Source: Auanema rhodensis
Lineage: Eukaryota > Animalia > Nematoda
Direction of reading: 5' to 3'
NCBI GenBank assembly: GCA_964057225.1
Contig: OZ059896.1
Coordinates: 2,604,001 to 2,668,000 of the forward strand
Length of the DNA stretch: 64,000 nt
In this document: in pieces, positions 1-14,900 of the stretch
How the letters are laid out: each line of letters opens with the position of its first letter
Position numbering within the stretch: the stretch's first letter is position 1
Translations under genes and position numbers: made by a program
Notes under the pieces: generated by a model
What the model was told of the DNA's origin: nothing
Database searches by the model: none
Seen by the model: only the letters and a program-made list of their open reading frames with translations

Positions 1-3000
1 CATACCTAGTGCACATCACGTGTACATTTAATTAGCATAAATTAAAGTTCACGTAAATTTCAAAGTCATGGTTACCATGAACCAATATCAATAAAAATTT
101 GTTTTTAAACTAATATGGACATGGGGAATCTAATTTTGAAAACCGCATCTCTTTATCTTTCACGTGAAGCGAGTTACATACCTAGTGCACATCACGTGTA
201 CATTTAATTAGCATAACTTAAAGTTCACGTAAATTTCAAAGTCATGGTTACCATGCACCAATATCAATAAAAGTTTGTTTTTAGACTAATATGGACATGG
301 GGAATCTAATTTTGAGAACCGCATCTCTTTATCTTTCACGTGAAGCGAGTTACATATAAAGTGCACATCACGTGTACATTTAATTAGCATAAATTAAAGT
401 TCACGTAAATTTCAAAGTCATGGTTACCATGAACCAATATCAATAAAAATTTGTTTTTAGACTAATATGGACATGGGGAATCTACTTTTGAAAACCGCAT
501 CTCTTTATCTTTCACGTGAAGCGAGTTACATACCAAGTGCACATCACGTGTACATTTAATTAGCATAAATTAAAGTTCACGTAAATTTCAAAGTCATGGT
601 TACCATGAACCAATATCAATAAAAATTTGTTTTTAAACTAATATGGACATGGGGAATCTAATTTTGAAAACCGCATCTCTTTATCTTTCAAGTGAAGCGA
701 GTTACATACCAAGTGCACATCACGTGTACATTTAATTAGCATAAATTAAAGTTCACGTAAATTTCAAAGTCATGGTTACCATGAACCAATATCAATAAAA
801 ATTTGTTTTCAAACTAATATGGACATGGGGATTCTAATTTTGAAAACCGCATCTCTTTATCTTTCACGTGAAGCGAGTTACATACCTAGTGCACATCACG
901 TGTACATTTAATTAGCATAAATTAAAGTTCACGTAAATTTCAAAGTCATGGTTACCATGAACCAATATCAATAAAAATTTGTTTTTAGACTAATTTGGAC
1001 ATGGGGAATCTAATTTTGAAAACCGCATCTCTTTATCTTTCAAGTGAAGCGAGTTACATACCAAGTGCACATCACGTGTACATTTAATTAGCATAAATTA
1101 AAGTTCACGTAAATTTCAAAGTCATGGTTACCATGAACCAATATCAATAAAAATTTGTTTTTAAACTAATATGGACATGGGGAATCTAATTTTGAAAACC
1201 GCATCTTTTTATCTTTCACGTGAAGCGAGTTACATACCTAGTGCACATCACGTGTACATTTAATTAGCATAAGTTAAAGTTCACGTAAATTTCAAAGTCA
1301 TGGTTACCATGAACCAATATCAATAAAAATTTGTTTTTAGACTAATATGGACATGGGGAATCTAATTTTGAAAACCGCATCTCTTTATCTTTCACGTGAA
1401 GCGAGTTACATATAAAGTGCACATCACGTGTACATTTAATTAGCATAAATTAAAGTTCACGTAAATTTCAAAGTCATGGTTACCATGAACCAATATCAAT
1501 AAAAATTTGTTTTTAAACTAATATGGACATGGGGATTCTAATTTTGAAAACCGCATCTCTTTATCTTTCACGTGAAGCGAGTTACATACCTAGTGCACAT
1601 CACGTGTACATTTAATTAGCATAAATTAAAGTTCACGTAAATTTCAAAGTCATGGTTACCATGAACCAATATCAATAAAAATTTGTTTTTAGACTAATTT
1701 GGACATGGGGATTCTAATTTTGAAAACCGCATCTCTTTATCTTTCACGTGAAGCGAGTTACATACCTAGTGCACATCACGTGTACATTTAATTAGCATAA
1801 ATTAAAGTTCACGTAAATTTCAAAGTTATGGTTACCATGAACCAATATCAATAAAAATTTGTTTTTAAACTAATATGGACATGGGGAATCTAATTTTGAA
1901 AACCGCATCTCTTTATCTTTCACGTGAAGCGAGTTACATACCTAGTGCACATCACGTGTACATTTAATTAGCATAACTTAAAGTTCACGTAAATTTCAAA
2001 GTCATGGTTACCATGCACCAATATCAATAAAAGTTTGTTTTTAGACTAATATGGACATGGGGAATCTAATTTTGAGAACCGCATCTCTTTATCTTTCACG
2101 TGAAGCGAGTTACATATAAAGTGCACATCACGTGTACATTTAATTAGCATAAATTAAAGTTCACGTAAATTTCAAAGTCATGGTTACCATGAACCAATAT
2201 CAATAAAAATTTGTTTTTAGACTAATATGGACATGGGGAATCTACTTTTGAAAACCGCATCTCTTTATCTTTCACGTGAAGCGAGTTACATACCAAGTGC
2301 ACATCACGTGTACATTTAATTAGCATAAATTAAAGTTCACGTAAATTTCAAAGTCATGGTTACCATGAACCAATATCAATAAAAATTTGTTTTTAAACTA
2401 ATATGGACATGGGGAATCTAATTTTGAAAACCGCATCTCTTTATCTTTCAAGTGAAGCGAGTTACATACCAAGTGCACATCACGTGTACATTTAATTAGC
2501 ATAAATTAAAGTTCACGTAAATTTCAAAGTCATGGTTACCATGAACCAATATCAATAAAAATTTGTTTTCAAACTAATATGGACATGGGGATTCTAATTT
2601 TGAAAACCGCATCTCTTTATCTTTCACGTGAAGCGAGTTACATACCTAGTGCACATCACGTGTACATTTAATTAGCATAAATTAAAGTTCACGTAAATTT
2701 CAAAGTCATGGTTACCATGAACCAATATCAATAAAAATTTGTTTTTAGACTAATTTGGACATGGGGAATCTAATTTTGAAAACCGCATCTCTTTATCTTT
2801 CAAGTGAAGCGAGTTACATACCAAGTGCACATCACGTGTACATTTAATTAGCATAAATTAAAGTTCACGTAAATTTCAAAGTCATGGTTACCATGAACCA
2901 ATATCAATAAAAATTTGTTTTTAAACTAATATGGACATGGGGAATCTAATTTTGAAAACGGCATCTCTTTATCTTTCACGTGAAGCGAGTTACATACCTA

Positions 3001-6000
3001 GTGCACATCACGTGTACATTTAATTAGCATAAGTTGAAGTTCACGTAAATTTCAAAGTCATGGTTACCATGAACCAATATCAATGAAAATTTGTTTTTAG
3101 ACTAATATGGACATGGGGAATCTAATTTTGAAAACCGCATCTCTTTATCTTTCACGTGAAGCGAGTTACATATAAAGTGCACATCACGTGTACATTTAAT
3201 TAGCATAAATTAAAGTTCACGTAAATTTCAAAGTCATGGTTACCATGAACCAATATCAATAAAAATTTGTTTTTAAACTAATATGGACATGGGGAATCTA
3301 ATTTTGAAAACCGCATCTCTTTATCTTTCAAGTGAAGCGAGTTACATACCTAGTGCACATCACGTGTACATTTAATTAGCATAAATTAAAGTTCACGCAA
3401 ATTTCAAAGTCATGGTTACCATGAACCAATATCAATAAAAATTTGTTTTTAGACTAATTTGGACATGGGGATTCTAATTTTGAAAACCGCATCTCTTTAT
3501 CTTTCACGTGAAGCGAGTTACATACCTAGTGCACATCACGTGTACATTTAATTAGCATAAATTAAAGTTCACGTAAATTTCAAAGTCATGGTTACCATGA
3601 ACCAATATCAATAAAAATTTGTTTTTAGACTAATTTGGACATGGGGATTCTAATTTTGAAAACCGCATCTCTTTATCTTTCACGTGAAGCGAGTTACATA
3701 CCTAGTGCACATCACGTGTACATTTAATTAGCATAAATTAAAGTTCACGTAAATTTCAAAGTCATGGTTACCATGAACCAATATCAATAAAAATTTGTTT
3801 TTAAACTAATATGGACATGGGGAATCTAATTTTGAAAACCGCATCTCTTTATCTTTCACGTGAAGCGAGTTACATACCTAGTGCACATCACGTGTACATT
3901 TAATTAGCATAAATTAAAGTTCACGTAAATTTCAAAGTCATGGTTACCATGAACCAATATCAATAAAAATTTGTTTTTAGACTAATATGGACATGGGGAA
4001 TCTAATTTTGAAAACTGCATCTCTTTATCTTTCACGTGAAGCGAGTTACATACCAAGTGCACATCACGTGTACATTTAATTAGCATAAATTAAAGTTCAT
4101 GTAAATTTCAAAGTCATGGTTACCATGCACCAATATCAATAAAAGTTTGTTTTTAGACTAATATGGACATGGGGAATCTAATTTTGAGAACCGCATCTCT
4201 TTATCTTTCACGTGAAGCGAGTTACATATAAAGTGCACATCACGTGTACATTTAATTAGCATAAATTAAAGTTCACGTAAGTTTCAAAGTCATGGTTACC
4301 ATGAACCAATATCAATAAAAATTTGTTTTTAGACTAATTTGGACATGGGGATTCTAATTTTGAAAACCGCATCTCTTTATCTTTCACGTGAAGCGAGTTA
4401 CATACCTAGTGCACATCACGTGTACATTTAATTAGCATAAATTAAAGTTCACGTAAATTTCAAAGTCATGGTTACCATGAACCAATATCAATAAAAATTT
4501 GTTTTTAGACTAATTTGGACATGGGGATTCTAATTTTGAAAACCGCATCTCTTTATCTTTCACGTGAAGCGAGTTACATACCTAGTGCACATCACGTGTA
4601 CATTTAATTAGCATAAATTAAAGTTCACGTAAATTTCAAAGTCATGGTTACCATGAACCAATATCAATAAAAATTTGTTTTTAAACTAATATGGACATGG
4701 GGAATCTAATTTTGAAAACCGCATCTCTTTATCTTTCACGTGAAGCGAGTTACATACCTAGTGCACATCACGTGTACATTTAATTAGCATAAATTAAAGT
4801 TCACGTAAATTTCAAAGTCATGGTTACCATGAACCAATATCAATAAAAATTTGTTTTTAGACTAATATGGACATGGGGAATCTAATTTTGAAAACTGCAT
4901 CTCTTTATCTTTCACGTGAAGCGAGTTACATACCAAGTGCACATCACGTGTACATTTAATTAGCATAAATTAAAGTTCATGTAAATTTCAAAGTCATGGT
5001 TACCATGCACCAATATCAATAAAAGTTTGTTTTTAGACTAATATGGACATGGGGAATCTAATTTTGAGAACCGCATCTCTTTATCTTTCACGTGAAGCGA
5101 GTTACATATAAAGTGCACATCACGTGTACATTTAATTAGCATAAATTAAAGTTCACGTAAGTTTCAAAGTCATGGTTACCATGAACCAATATCAATAAAA
5201 ATTTGTTTTTAGACTAATATGGACATGGGGAATCTAATTTTGAAAACCGCATCTCTTTATCTTTCACGTGAAGCGAGTTACATACCAAGTGCACATCACG
5301 TGTACATTTAATTAGCATAAATTAAAGTTCACGTAAATTTCAAAGTCATGGTTACCATGAACCAATATCAATAAAAATTTGTTTTTAAACTAATATGGAC
5401 ATGGGGAATCTAATTTTTAAAACCGCATTTCTTTATCTTTCAAGTGAAGCGAGTTACATACCAAGTGCACATCACGTGTACATTTAATTAGCATAAATTA
5501 AAGTTCACGTAAATTTCAAAGTCATGGTTACCATGAACCAATATCAATAAAAATTTGTTTTCAAACTAATATGGACATGGGGATTCTAATTTTGAAAACC
5601 GCATCTCTTTATCTTTCACGTGAAGCGAGTTACATACCTAGTGCACATCACGTGTACATTTAATTAGCATAAATTAAAGTTCACGTAAATTTCAAAGTCA
5701 TGGTTACCATGAACCAATATCAATAAAAATTTGTTTTTAAACTAATATGGACATGGGGAATCTAATTTTGAAAACCGCATCTCTTTATCTTTCAAGTGAA
5801 GCGAGTTACATACCAAGTGCACATCACGTGTACATTTAATTAGCATAAATTAAAGTTCACGTAAATTTCAAAGTCATGGTTACCATGAACCAATATCAAT
5901 AAAAATTTGTTTTTAAACTAATATGGACATGGGGAATCTAATTTTGAAAACCGCATCTTTTTATCTTTCACGTGAAGCGAGTTACATACCAAGTGCACAT

Positions 6001-9000
6001 CACGTGTACATTTAATTAGCATAAATTAAAGTTCACGTAAATTTCAAAGTCATGGTTACCATGAACCAATATCAATAAAAATTTGTTTTTAGACTAATAT
6101 GGACATGGGGAATCTAATTTTGAAAACCGCATCTCTTTATCTTTCACGTGAAGCGAGTTACATATAAAGTGCACATCACGTGTACATTTAATTAGCATAA
6201 ATTAAAGTTCACGTAAATTTCAAAGTCATGGTTACCATGAACCAATATCAATAAAAATTTGTTTTTAAACTAATATGGACATGGGGATTCTAATTTTGAA
6301 AACCGCATCTCTTTATCTTTCACGTGAAGCGAGTTACATACCTAGTGCACATCACGTGTACATTTAATTAGCATAAATTAAAGTTCACGTAAATTTCAAA
6401 GTCATGGTTACCATGAACCAATATCAATAAAAATTTGTTTTTAGACTAATTTGGACATGGGGATTCTAATTTTGAAAACCGCATCTCTTTATCTTTCACG
6501 TGAAGCGAGTTACATACCTAGTGCACATCACGTGTACATTTAATTAGCATAAATTAAAGTTCACGTAAATTTCAAAGTCATGGTTACCATGAACCAATAT
6601 CAATAAAAATTTGTTTTTAAACTAATATGGACATGGGGAATCTAATTTTGAAAACCGCATCTCTTTATCTTTCACGTGAAGCGAGTTACATACCTAGTGC
6701 ACATCACGTGTACATTTAATTAGCATAACTTAAAGTTCACGTAAATTTCAAAGTCATGGTTACCATGCACCAATATCAATAAAAGTTTGTTTTTAGACTA
6801 ATATGGACATGGGGAATCTAATTTTGAGAACCGCATCTCTTTATCTTTCACGTGAAGCGAGTTACATATAAAGTGCACATCACGTGTACATTTAATTAGC
6901 ATAAATTAAAGTTCACGTAAATTTCAAAGTCATGGTTACCATGAACCAATATCAATAAAAATTTGTTTTTAGACTAATATGGACATGGGGAATCTACTTT
7001 TGAAAACCGCATCTCTTTATCTTTCACGTGAAGCGAGTTACATACCAAGTGCACATCACGTGTACATTTAATTAGCATAAATTAAAGTTCACGTAAATTT
7101 CAAAGTCATGGTTACCATGAACCAATATCAATAAAAATTTGTTTTTAAACTAATATGGACATGGGGAATCTAATTTTGAAAACCGCATCTCTTTATCTTT
7201 CAAGTGAAGCGAGTTACATACCAAGTGCACATCACGTGTACATTTAATTAGCATAAATTAAAGTTCACGTAAATTTCAAAGTCATGGTTACCATGAACCA
7301 ATATCAATAAAAATTTGTTTTCAAACTAATATGGACATGGGGATTCTAATTTTGAAAACCGCATCTCTTTATCTTTCACGTGAAGCGAGTTACATACCTA
7401 GTGCACATCACGTGTACATTTAATTAGCATAAATTAAAGTTCACGTAAATTTCAAAGTCATGGTTACCATGAACCAATATCAATAAAAATTTGTTTTTAG
7501 ACTAATTTGGACATGGGGAATCTAATTTTGAAAACCGCATCTCTTTATCTTTCAAGTGAAGCGAGTTACATACCAAGTGCACATCACGTGTACATTTAAT
7601 TAGCATAAATTAAAGTTCACGTAAATTTCAAAGTCATGGTTACCATGAACCAATATCAATAAAAATTTGTTTTTAAACTAATATGGACATGGGGAATCTA
7701 ATTTTGAAAACCGCATCTTTTTATCTTTCACGTGAAGCGAGTTACATACCTAGTGCACATCACGTGTACATTTAATTAGCATAAGTTAAAGTTCACGTAA
7801 ATTTCAAAGTCATGGTTACCATGAACCAATATCAATAAAAATTTGTTTTTAGACTAATATGGACATGGGGAATCTAATTTTGAAAACCGCATCTCTTTAT
7901 CTTTCACGTGAAGCGAGTTACATATAAAGTGCACATCACGTGTACATTTAATTAGCATAAATTAAAGTTCACGTAAATTTCAAAGTCATGGTTACCATGA
8001 ACCAATATCAATAAAAATTTGTTTTTAAACTAATATGGACATGGGGATTCTAATTTTGAAAACCGCATCTCTTTATCTTTCACGTGAAGCGAGTTACATA
8101 CCTAGTGCACATCACGTGTACATTTAATTAGCATAAATTAAAGTTCACGTAAATTTCAAAGTCATGGTTACCATGAACCAATATCAATAAAAATTTGTTT
8201 TTAGACTAATTTGGACATGGGGATTCTAATTTTGAAAACCGCATCTCTTTATCTTTCACGTGAAGCGAGTTACATACCTAGTGCACATCACGTGTACATT
8301 TAATTAGCATAAATTAAAGTTCACGTAAATTTCAAAGTTATGGTTACCATGAACCAATATCAATAAAAATTTGTTTTTAAACTAATATGGACATGGGGAA
8401 TCTAATTTTGAAAACCGCATCTCTTTATCTTTCACGTGAAGCGAGTTACATACCTAGTGCACATCACGTGTACATTTAATTAGCATAACTTAAAGTTCAC
8501 GTAAATTTCAAAGTCATGGTTACCATGCACCAATATCAATAAAAGTTTGTTTTTAGACTAATATGGACATGGGGAATCTAATTTTGAGAACCGCATCTCT
8601 TTATCTTTCACGTGAAGCGAGTTACATATAAAGTGCACATCACGTGTACATTTAATTAGCATAAATTAAAGTTCACGTAAATTTCAAAGTCATGGTTACC
8701 ATGAACCAATATCAATAAAAATTTGTTTTTAGACTAATATGGACATGGGGAATCTACTTTTGAAAACCGCATCTCTTTATCTTTCACGTGAAGCGAGTTA
8801 CATACCAAGTGCACATCACGTGTACATTTAATTAGCATAAATTAAAGTTCACGTAAATTTCAAAGTCATGGTTACCATGAACCAATATCAATAAAAATTT
8901 GTTTTTAAACTAATATGGACATGGGGAATCTAATTTTGAAAACCGCATCTCTTTATCTTTCAAGTGAAGCGAGTTACATACCAAGTGCACATCACGTGTA

Positions 9001-10460
9001 CATTTAATTAGCATAAATTAAAGTTCACGTAAATTTCAAAGTCATGGTTACCATGAACCAATATCAATAAAAATTTGTTTTCAAACTAATATGGACATGG
9101 GGATTCTAATTTTGAAAACCGCATCTCTTTATCTTTCACGTGAAGCGAGTTACATACCTAGTGCACATCACGTGTACATTTAATTAGCATAAATTAAAGT
9201 TCACGTAAATTTCAAAGTCATGGTTACCATGAACCAATATCAATAAAAATTTGTTTTTAGACTAATTTGGACATGGGGAATCTAATTTTGAAAACCGCAT
9301 CTCTTTATCTTTCAAGTGAAGCGAGTTACATACCAAGTGCACATCACGTGTACATTTAATTAGCATAAATTAAAGTTCACGTAAATTTCAAAGTCATGGT
9401 TACCATGAACCAATATCAATAAAAATTTGTTTTTAAACTAATATGGACATGGGGAATCTAATTTTGAAAACGGCATCTCTTTATCTTTCACGTGAAGCGA
9501 GTTACATACCTAGTGCAGATCACGTGTACATTTAATTAGCATAAGTTGAAGTTCACGTAAATTTCAAAGTCATGGTTACCATGAACCAATATCAATGAAA
9601 ATTTGTTTTTAGACTAATATGGACATGGGGAATCTAATTTTGAAAACCGCATCTCTTTATCTTTCACGTGAAGCGAGTTACATATAAAGTGCACATCACG
9701 TGTACATTTAATTAGCATAAATTAAAGTTCACGTAAATTTCAAAGTCATGGTTACCATGAACCAATATCAATAAAAATTTGTTTTTAAACTAATATGGAC
9801 ATGGGGAATCTAATTTTGAAAACCGCATCTCTTTATCTTTCAAGTGAAGCGAGTTACATACCTAGTGCACATCACGTGTACATTTAATTAGCATAAATTA
9901 AAGTTCACGCAAATTTCAAAGTCATGGTTACCATGAACCAATATCAATAAAAATTTGTTTTTAGACTAATTTGGACATGGGGATTCTAATTTTGAAAACC
10001 GCATCTCTTTATCTTTCACGTGAAGCGAGTTACATACCTAGTGCACATCACGTGTACATTTAATTAGCATAAATTAAAGTTCACGTAAATTTCAAAGTCA
10101 TGGTTACCATGAACCAATATCAATAAAAATTTGTTTTTAGACTAATTTGGACATGGGGATTCTAATTTTGAAAACCGCATCTCTTTATCTTTCACGTGAA
10201 GCGAGTTACATACCTAGTGCACATCACGTGTACATTTAATTAGCATAAATTAAAGTTCACGTAAATTTCAAAGTCATGGTTACCATGAACCAATATCAAT
10301 AAAAATTTGTTTTTAAACTAATATGGACATGGGGAATCTAATTTTGAAAACCGCATCTCTTTATCTTTCACGTGAAGCGAGTTACATACCTAGTGCACAT
10401 CACGTGTACATTTAATTAGCATAAATTAAAGTTCACGTAAATTTCAAAGTCATGGTTACC
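1..10460 (+). repeat. Higher-order repeat: 10-monomer (1,760-bp) units nested in a block duplicated at a 37-monomer (6,512-bp) offset
   Basis: Rare variants recur at +1760 (C at 217/1977 and 6729/8489) and at +6512 (217/6729, 1827/8339, 2960/9472, 3398/9910). Confidence 0.9.
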
Positions 10461-11909
10461 ATGCACCAATATCAATAAAAGTTTGTTTTTAGACTAATAT
10501 GGACATGGGGAATCTAATTTTGAGAACCGCATCTCTTTATCTTTCACGTGAAGCGAGTTACATATAAAGTGCACATCACGTGTACATTTAATTAGCATAA
10601 ATTAAAGTTCACGTAAATTTCAAAGTCATGGTTACCATGAACCAATATCAATAAAAATTTGTTTTTAGACTAATATGGACATGGGGAATCTAATTTTGAA
10701 AACCGCATCTCTTTATCTTTCACGTGAAGCGAGTTACATACCAAGTGCACATCACGTGTACATTTAATTAGCATAAATTAAAGTTCACTTAAATTTCAAA
10801 GTCATGGTTACCATGAACCAATATCAATAAAAATTTGTTTTTAAACTAATATGGACATGGGGAATCTAATTTTGAAAACCGCATCTCTTTATCTTTCAAG
10901 TGAAGCGAGTTACATACCAAGTGCACATCACGTGTACATTTAATTAGCATAAATTAAAGTTCACGTAAATTTCAAAGTCATGGTTACCATGAACCAATAT
11001 CAATAAAAATTTGTTTTCAAACTAATATGGACATGGGGATTCTAATTTTGAAAACCGCATCTCTTTATCTTTCACGTGAAGCGAGTTACATACCTAGTGC
11101 ACATCACGTGTACATTTAATTAGCATAAATTAAAGTTCACGTAAATTTCAAAGTCATGGTTACCATGAACCAATATCAATAAGTTTGTTTTTAGACTAAT
11201 TTGGACATGGGGAATCTAATTTTGGAAACCGCATCTCTTTATCTTTCAAGTGAAGCGAGTTACATACCAAGTGCACATCACGTGTACATTTAATTAGCAT
11301 AAATTAAAGTTCACGTAAATTTCAAAGTCATGGTTACCATGAACCAATATCAATAAAAATTTGTTTTTAAACTAATATGGACATGGGGAATCTAATTTTG
11401 AAAACCGCATCTCTTTATCTTTCACGTGAAGCGAGTTACATACCTAGTGCACATCACGTGTACATTTAATTAGCATAAGTTGAAGTTCACGTAAATTTCA
11501 AAGTCATGGTTACCATGAACCAATATCAATGAAAATTTGTTTTTAGACTAATATGGACATGGGGAATCTAATTTTGAAAACCGCATCTCTTTATCTTTCA
11601 CGTGAAGCGAGTTACATATAAAGTGCACATCACGTGTACATTTAATTAGCATAAATTAAAGTTCACGTAAATTTCAAAGTCATGGTTACCATGAACCAAT
11701 ATCAATAAAAGTTTGTTTTTAAACTAATATGGACATGGGGAATCTAATTTTGAAAACCGCATCTCTTTATCTTTCAAGTGAAGCGAGTTACATACCTAGT
11801 GCACATCACGTGTACATTTAATTAGCATAAATTAAAGTTCACGCAAATTTCAAAGTCATGGTTACCATGAACCAATATCAATAAAAATTTGTTTTTAGAC
11901 TAATTTGGA

Positions 11910-14900
11910 CATGGGGATTCTAATTTTGAAAACCGCATCTCTTTATCTTTCACGTGAAGCGAGTTACATACCTAGTGCACATCACGTGTACATTTAATTA
12001 GCATAAATTAAAGTTCACGTAAATTTCAAAGTCATGGTTACCATGAACCAATATCAATAAAAATTTGTTTTTAGACTAATTTGGACATGGGGATTCTAAT
12101 TTTGAAAACCGCATCTCTTTATCTTTCACGTGAAGCGAGTTACATACCTAGTGCACATCACGTGTACATTTAATTAGCATAAATTAAAGTTCACGTAAAT
12201 TTCAAAGTCATGGTTACCATGAACCAATATCAATAAAAATTTGTTTTTAAACTAATATGGACATGGGGAATCTAATTTTGAAAACCGCATCTCTTTATCT
12301 TTCACGTGAAGCGAGTTACATACCTAGTGCACATCACGTGTACATTTAATTAGCATAAATTAAAGTTCACGTAAATTTCAAAGTCATGGTTACCATGAAC
12401 CAATATCAATAAAAATTTGTTTTTAAACTAATATGGACATGGGGAATTTAATTTTGAAAACCGCATCTCTTTATCTTTCACGTGAAGCGAGTTACATACC
12501 TAGTGCACATCACGTGTACATTTAATTAGCATAAATTAAAGTTCACGTAAATTTCAAAGTCATGGTTACCATGCACCAATATCAATAAAAGTTTGTTTTT
12601 AGACTAATATGGACATGGGGAATCTAATTTTGAGAACCGCATCTCTTTATCTTTCACGTGAAGCGAGTTACATATAAAGTGCACATCACGTGTACATTTA
12701 ATTAGCATAAATTAAAGTTCTCGTAAATTTCAAAGTCATGGTTACCATGAACCAATATCAATAAAAATTTGTTTTTAGACTAATATGGACATGGGGAATC
12801 TAATTTTGAAAACCGCATCTCTTTATCTTTCACGTGAAGCGAGTTACATACCAAGTGCACATCACGTGTACATTTAATTAGCATAAGTTGAAGTTCACGT
12901 AAATTTCAAAGTCATGGTTACCATGAACCAATATCAATAAAAATTTGTTTTTAAACTAATATGGACATGGGGAATCTAATTTTGAAAACCGCATCTCTTT
13001 ATCTTTCACGTGAAGCGAGTTACATACCAAGTGCACATCACGTGTACATTTAATTAGCATAAATTAAAGTTCACGTAAATTTCAAAGTCATGGTTACCAT
13101 GAACCAATATCAATAAAAATTTGTTTTTAGACTAATTTGGACATGGGGATTCTAATTTTGAAAACCGCATCTCTTTATCTTTCACGTGAAGCGAGTTACA
13201 TACCTAGTGCACATCACGTGTACATTTAATTAGCATAAATTAAAGTTCACGTAAATTTCAAAGTCATGGTTACCATGAACCAATATCAATAAAAATTTGT
13301 TTTTAAACTAATATGGACATGGGGAATCTAATTTTGAAAACCGCATCTCTTTATCTTTCACGTGAAGCGAGTTACATACCTAGTGCACATCACGTGTACA
13401 TTTAATTAGCATAAATTAAAGTTCACGTAAATTTCAAAGTCATGGTTACCATGAACCAATATCAATAAAAATTTGTTTTTAAACTAATATGGACATGGGG
13501 AATCTAATTTTGAAAACCGCATCTCTTTATCTTTCACGTGAAGCGAGTTACATACCTAGTGCACATCACGTGTACATTTAATTAGCATAAATTAAAGTTC
13601 ACGTAAATTTCAAAGTCATGGTTACCATGCACCAATATCAATAAAAGTTTGTTTTTAGACTAATATGGACATGGGGAATCTAATTTTGAGAACCGCATCT
13701 CTTTATCTTTCACGTGAAGCGAGTTACATATAAAGTGCACATCACGTGTACATTTAATTAGCATAAATTAAAGTTCACGTAAATTTCAAAGTCATGGTTA
13801 CCATGAACCAATATCAATAAAAATTTGTTTTTAGACTAATATGGACATGGGGAATCTAATTTTGAAAACCGCATCTCTTTATCTTTCACGTGAAGCGAGT
13901 TACATACCAAGTGCACATCACGTGTACATTTAATTAGCATAAATTAAAGTTCACGTAAATTTCAAAGTCATGGTTACCATGAACCAATATCAATAAAAAT
14001 TTGTTTTTAAACTAATATGGACATGGGGAATCTAATTTTGAAAACCGCATCTCTTTATCTTTCACGTGAAGCGAGTTACATACCTAGTGCACATCACGTG
14101 TACATTTAATTAGCATAAATTAAAGTTCACGTAAATTTCAAAGTCATGGTTACCATGCACCAATATCAATAAAAGTTTGTTTTTAGACTAATATGGACAT
14201 GGGGAATCTAATTTTGAGAACCGCATCTCTTTATCTTTCACGTGAAGCGAGTTACATATAAAGTGCACATCACGTGTACATTTAATTAGCATAAATTAAA
14301 GTTCACGTAAATTTCAAAGTCATGGTTACCATGAACCAATATCAATAAAAATTTGTTTTTAGACTAATATGGACATGGGGAATCTAATTTTGAAAACCGC
14401 ATCTCTTTATCTTTCACGTGAAGCGAGTTACATACCAAGTGCACATCACGTGTACATTTAATTAGCATAAGTTGAAGTTCACGTAAATTTCAAAGTCATG
14501 GTTACCATGAACCAATATCAATAAAAATTTGTTTTTAAACTAATATGGACATGGGGAATCTAATTTTGAAAACCGCATCTCTTTATCTTTCACGTGAAGC
14601 GAGTTACATACCAAGTGCACATCACGTGTACATTTAATTAGCATAAATTAAAGTTCACGTAAATTTCAAAGTCATGGTTACCATGCACCAATATTAATAA
14701 AAATTTGTTTTTAGACTAATATGGACATGGGGAATCTAATTTTGAAAACCGCATCTCTTTATCTTTCAAGTGAAGCGAGTTACATACCAAGTGCACATCA
14801 CGTGTACACTTAATTAGCATAAATTAAAGTTCACGTAAATTTCAAAGTCATGGTTACCATGAACCAATATCAATAAAAATTCGTTTTTAAACTAATATGG

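Noticed and set aside
1-176. Identification with a named satellite (alpha satellite, Arabidopsis CEN178, 5S rDNA or SL1 repeat) or a species
   Set aside because: The length is similar, but I recognise no sequence similarity, CENP-B box or RNA gene. A database search is needed.
115-207. The 30-aa mini-ORF of each monomer as a real repeated gene
   Set aside because: It is short enough to arise by chance, and common variants destroy the first ATG (TTG) or introduce stops (CCA to TAA). It matters only as a possible start donor at the insertion.
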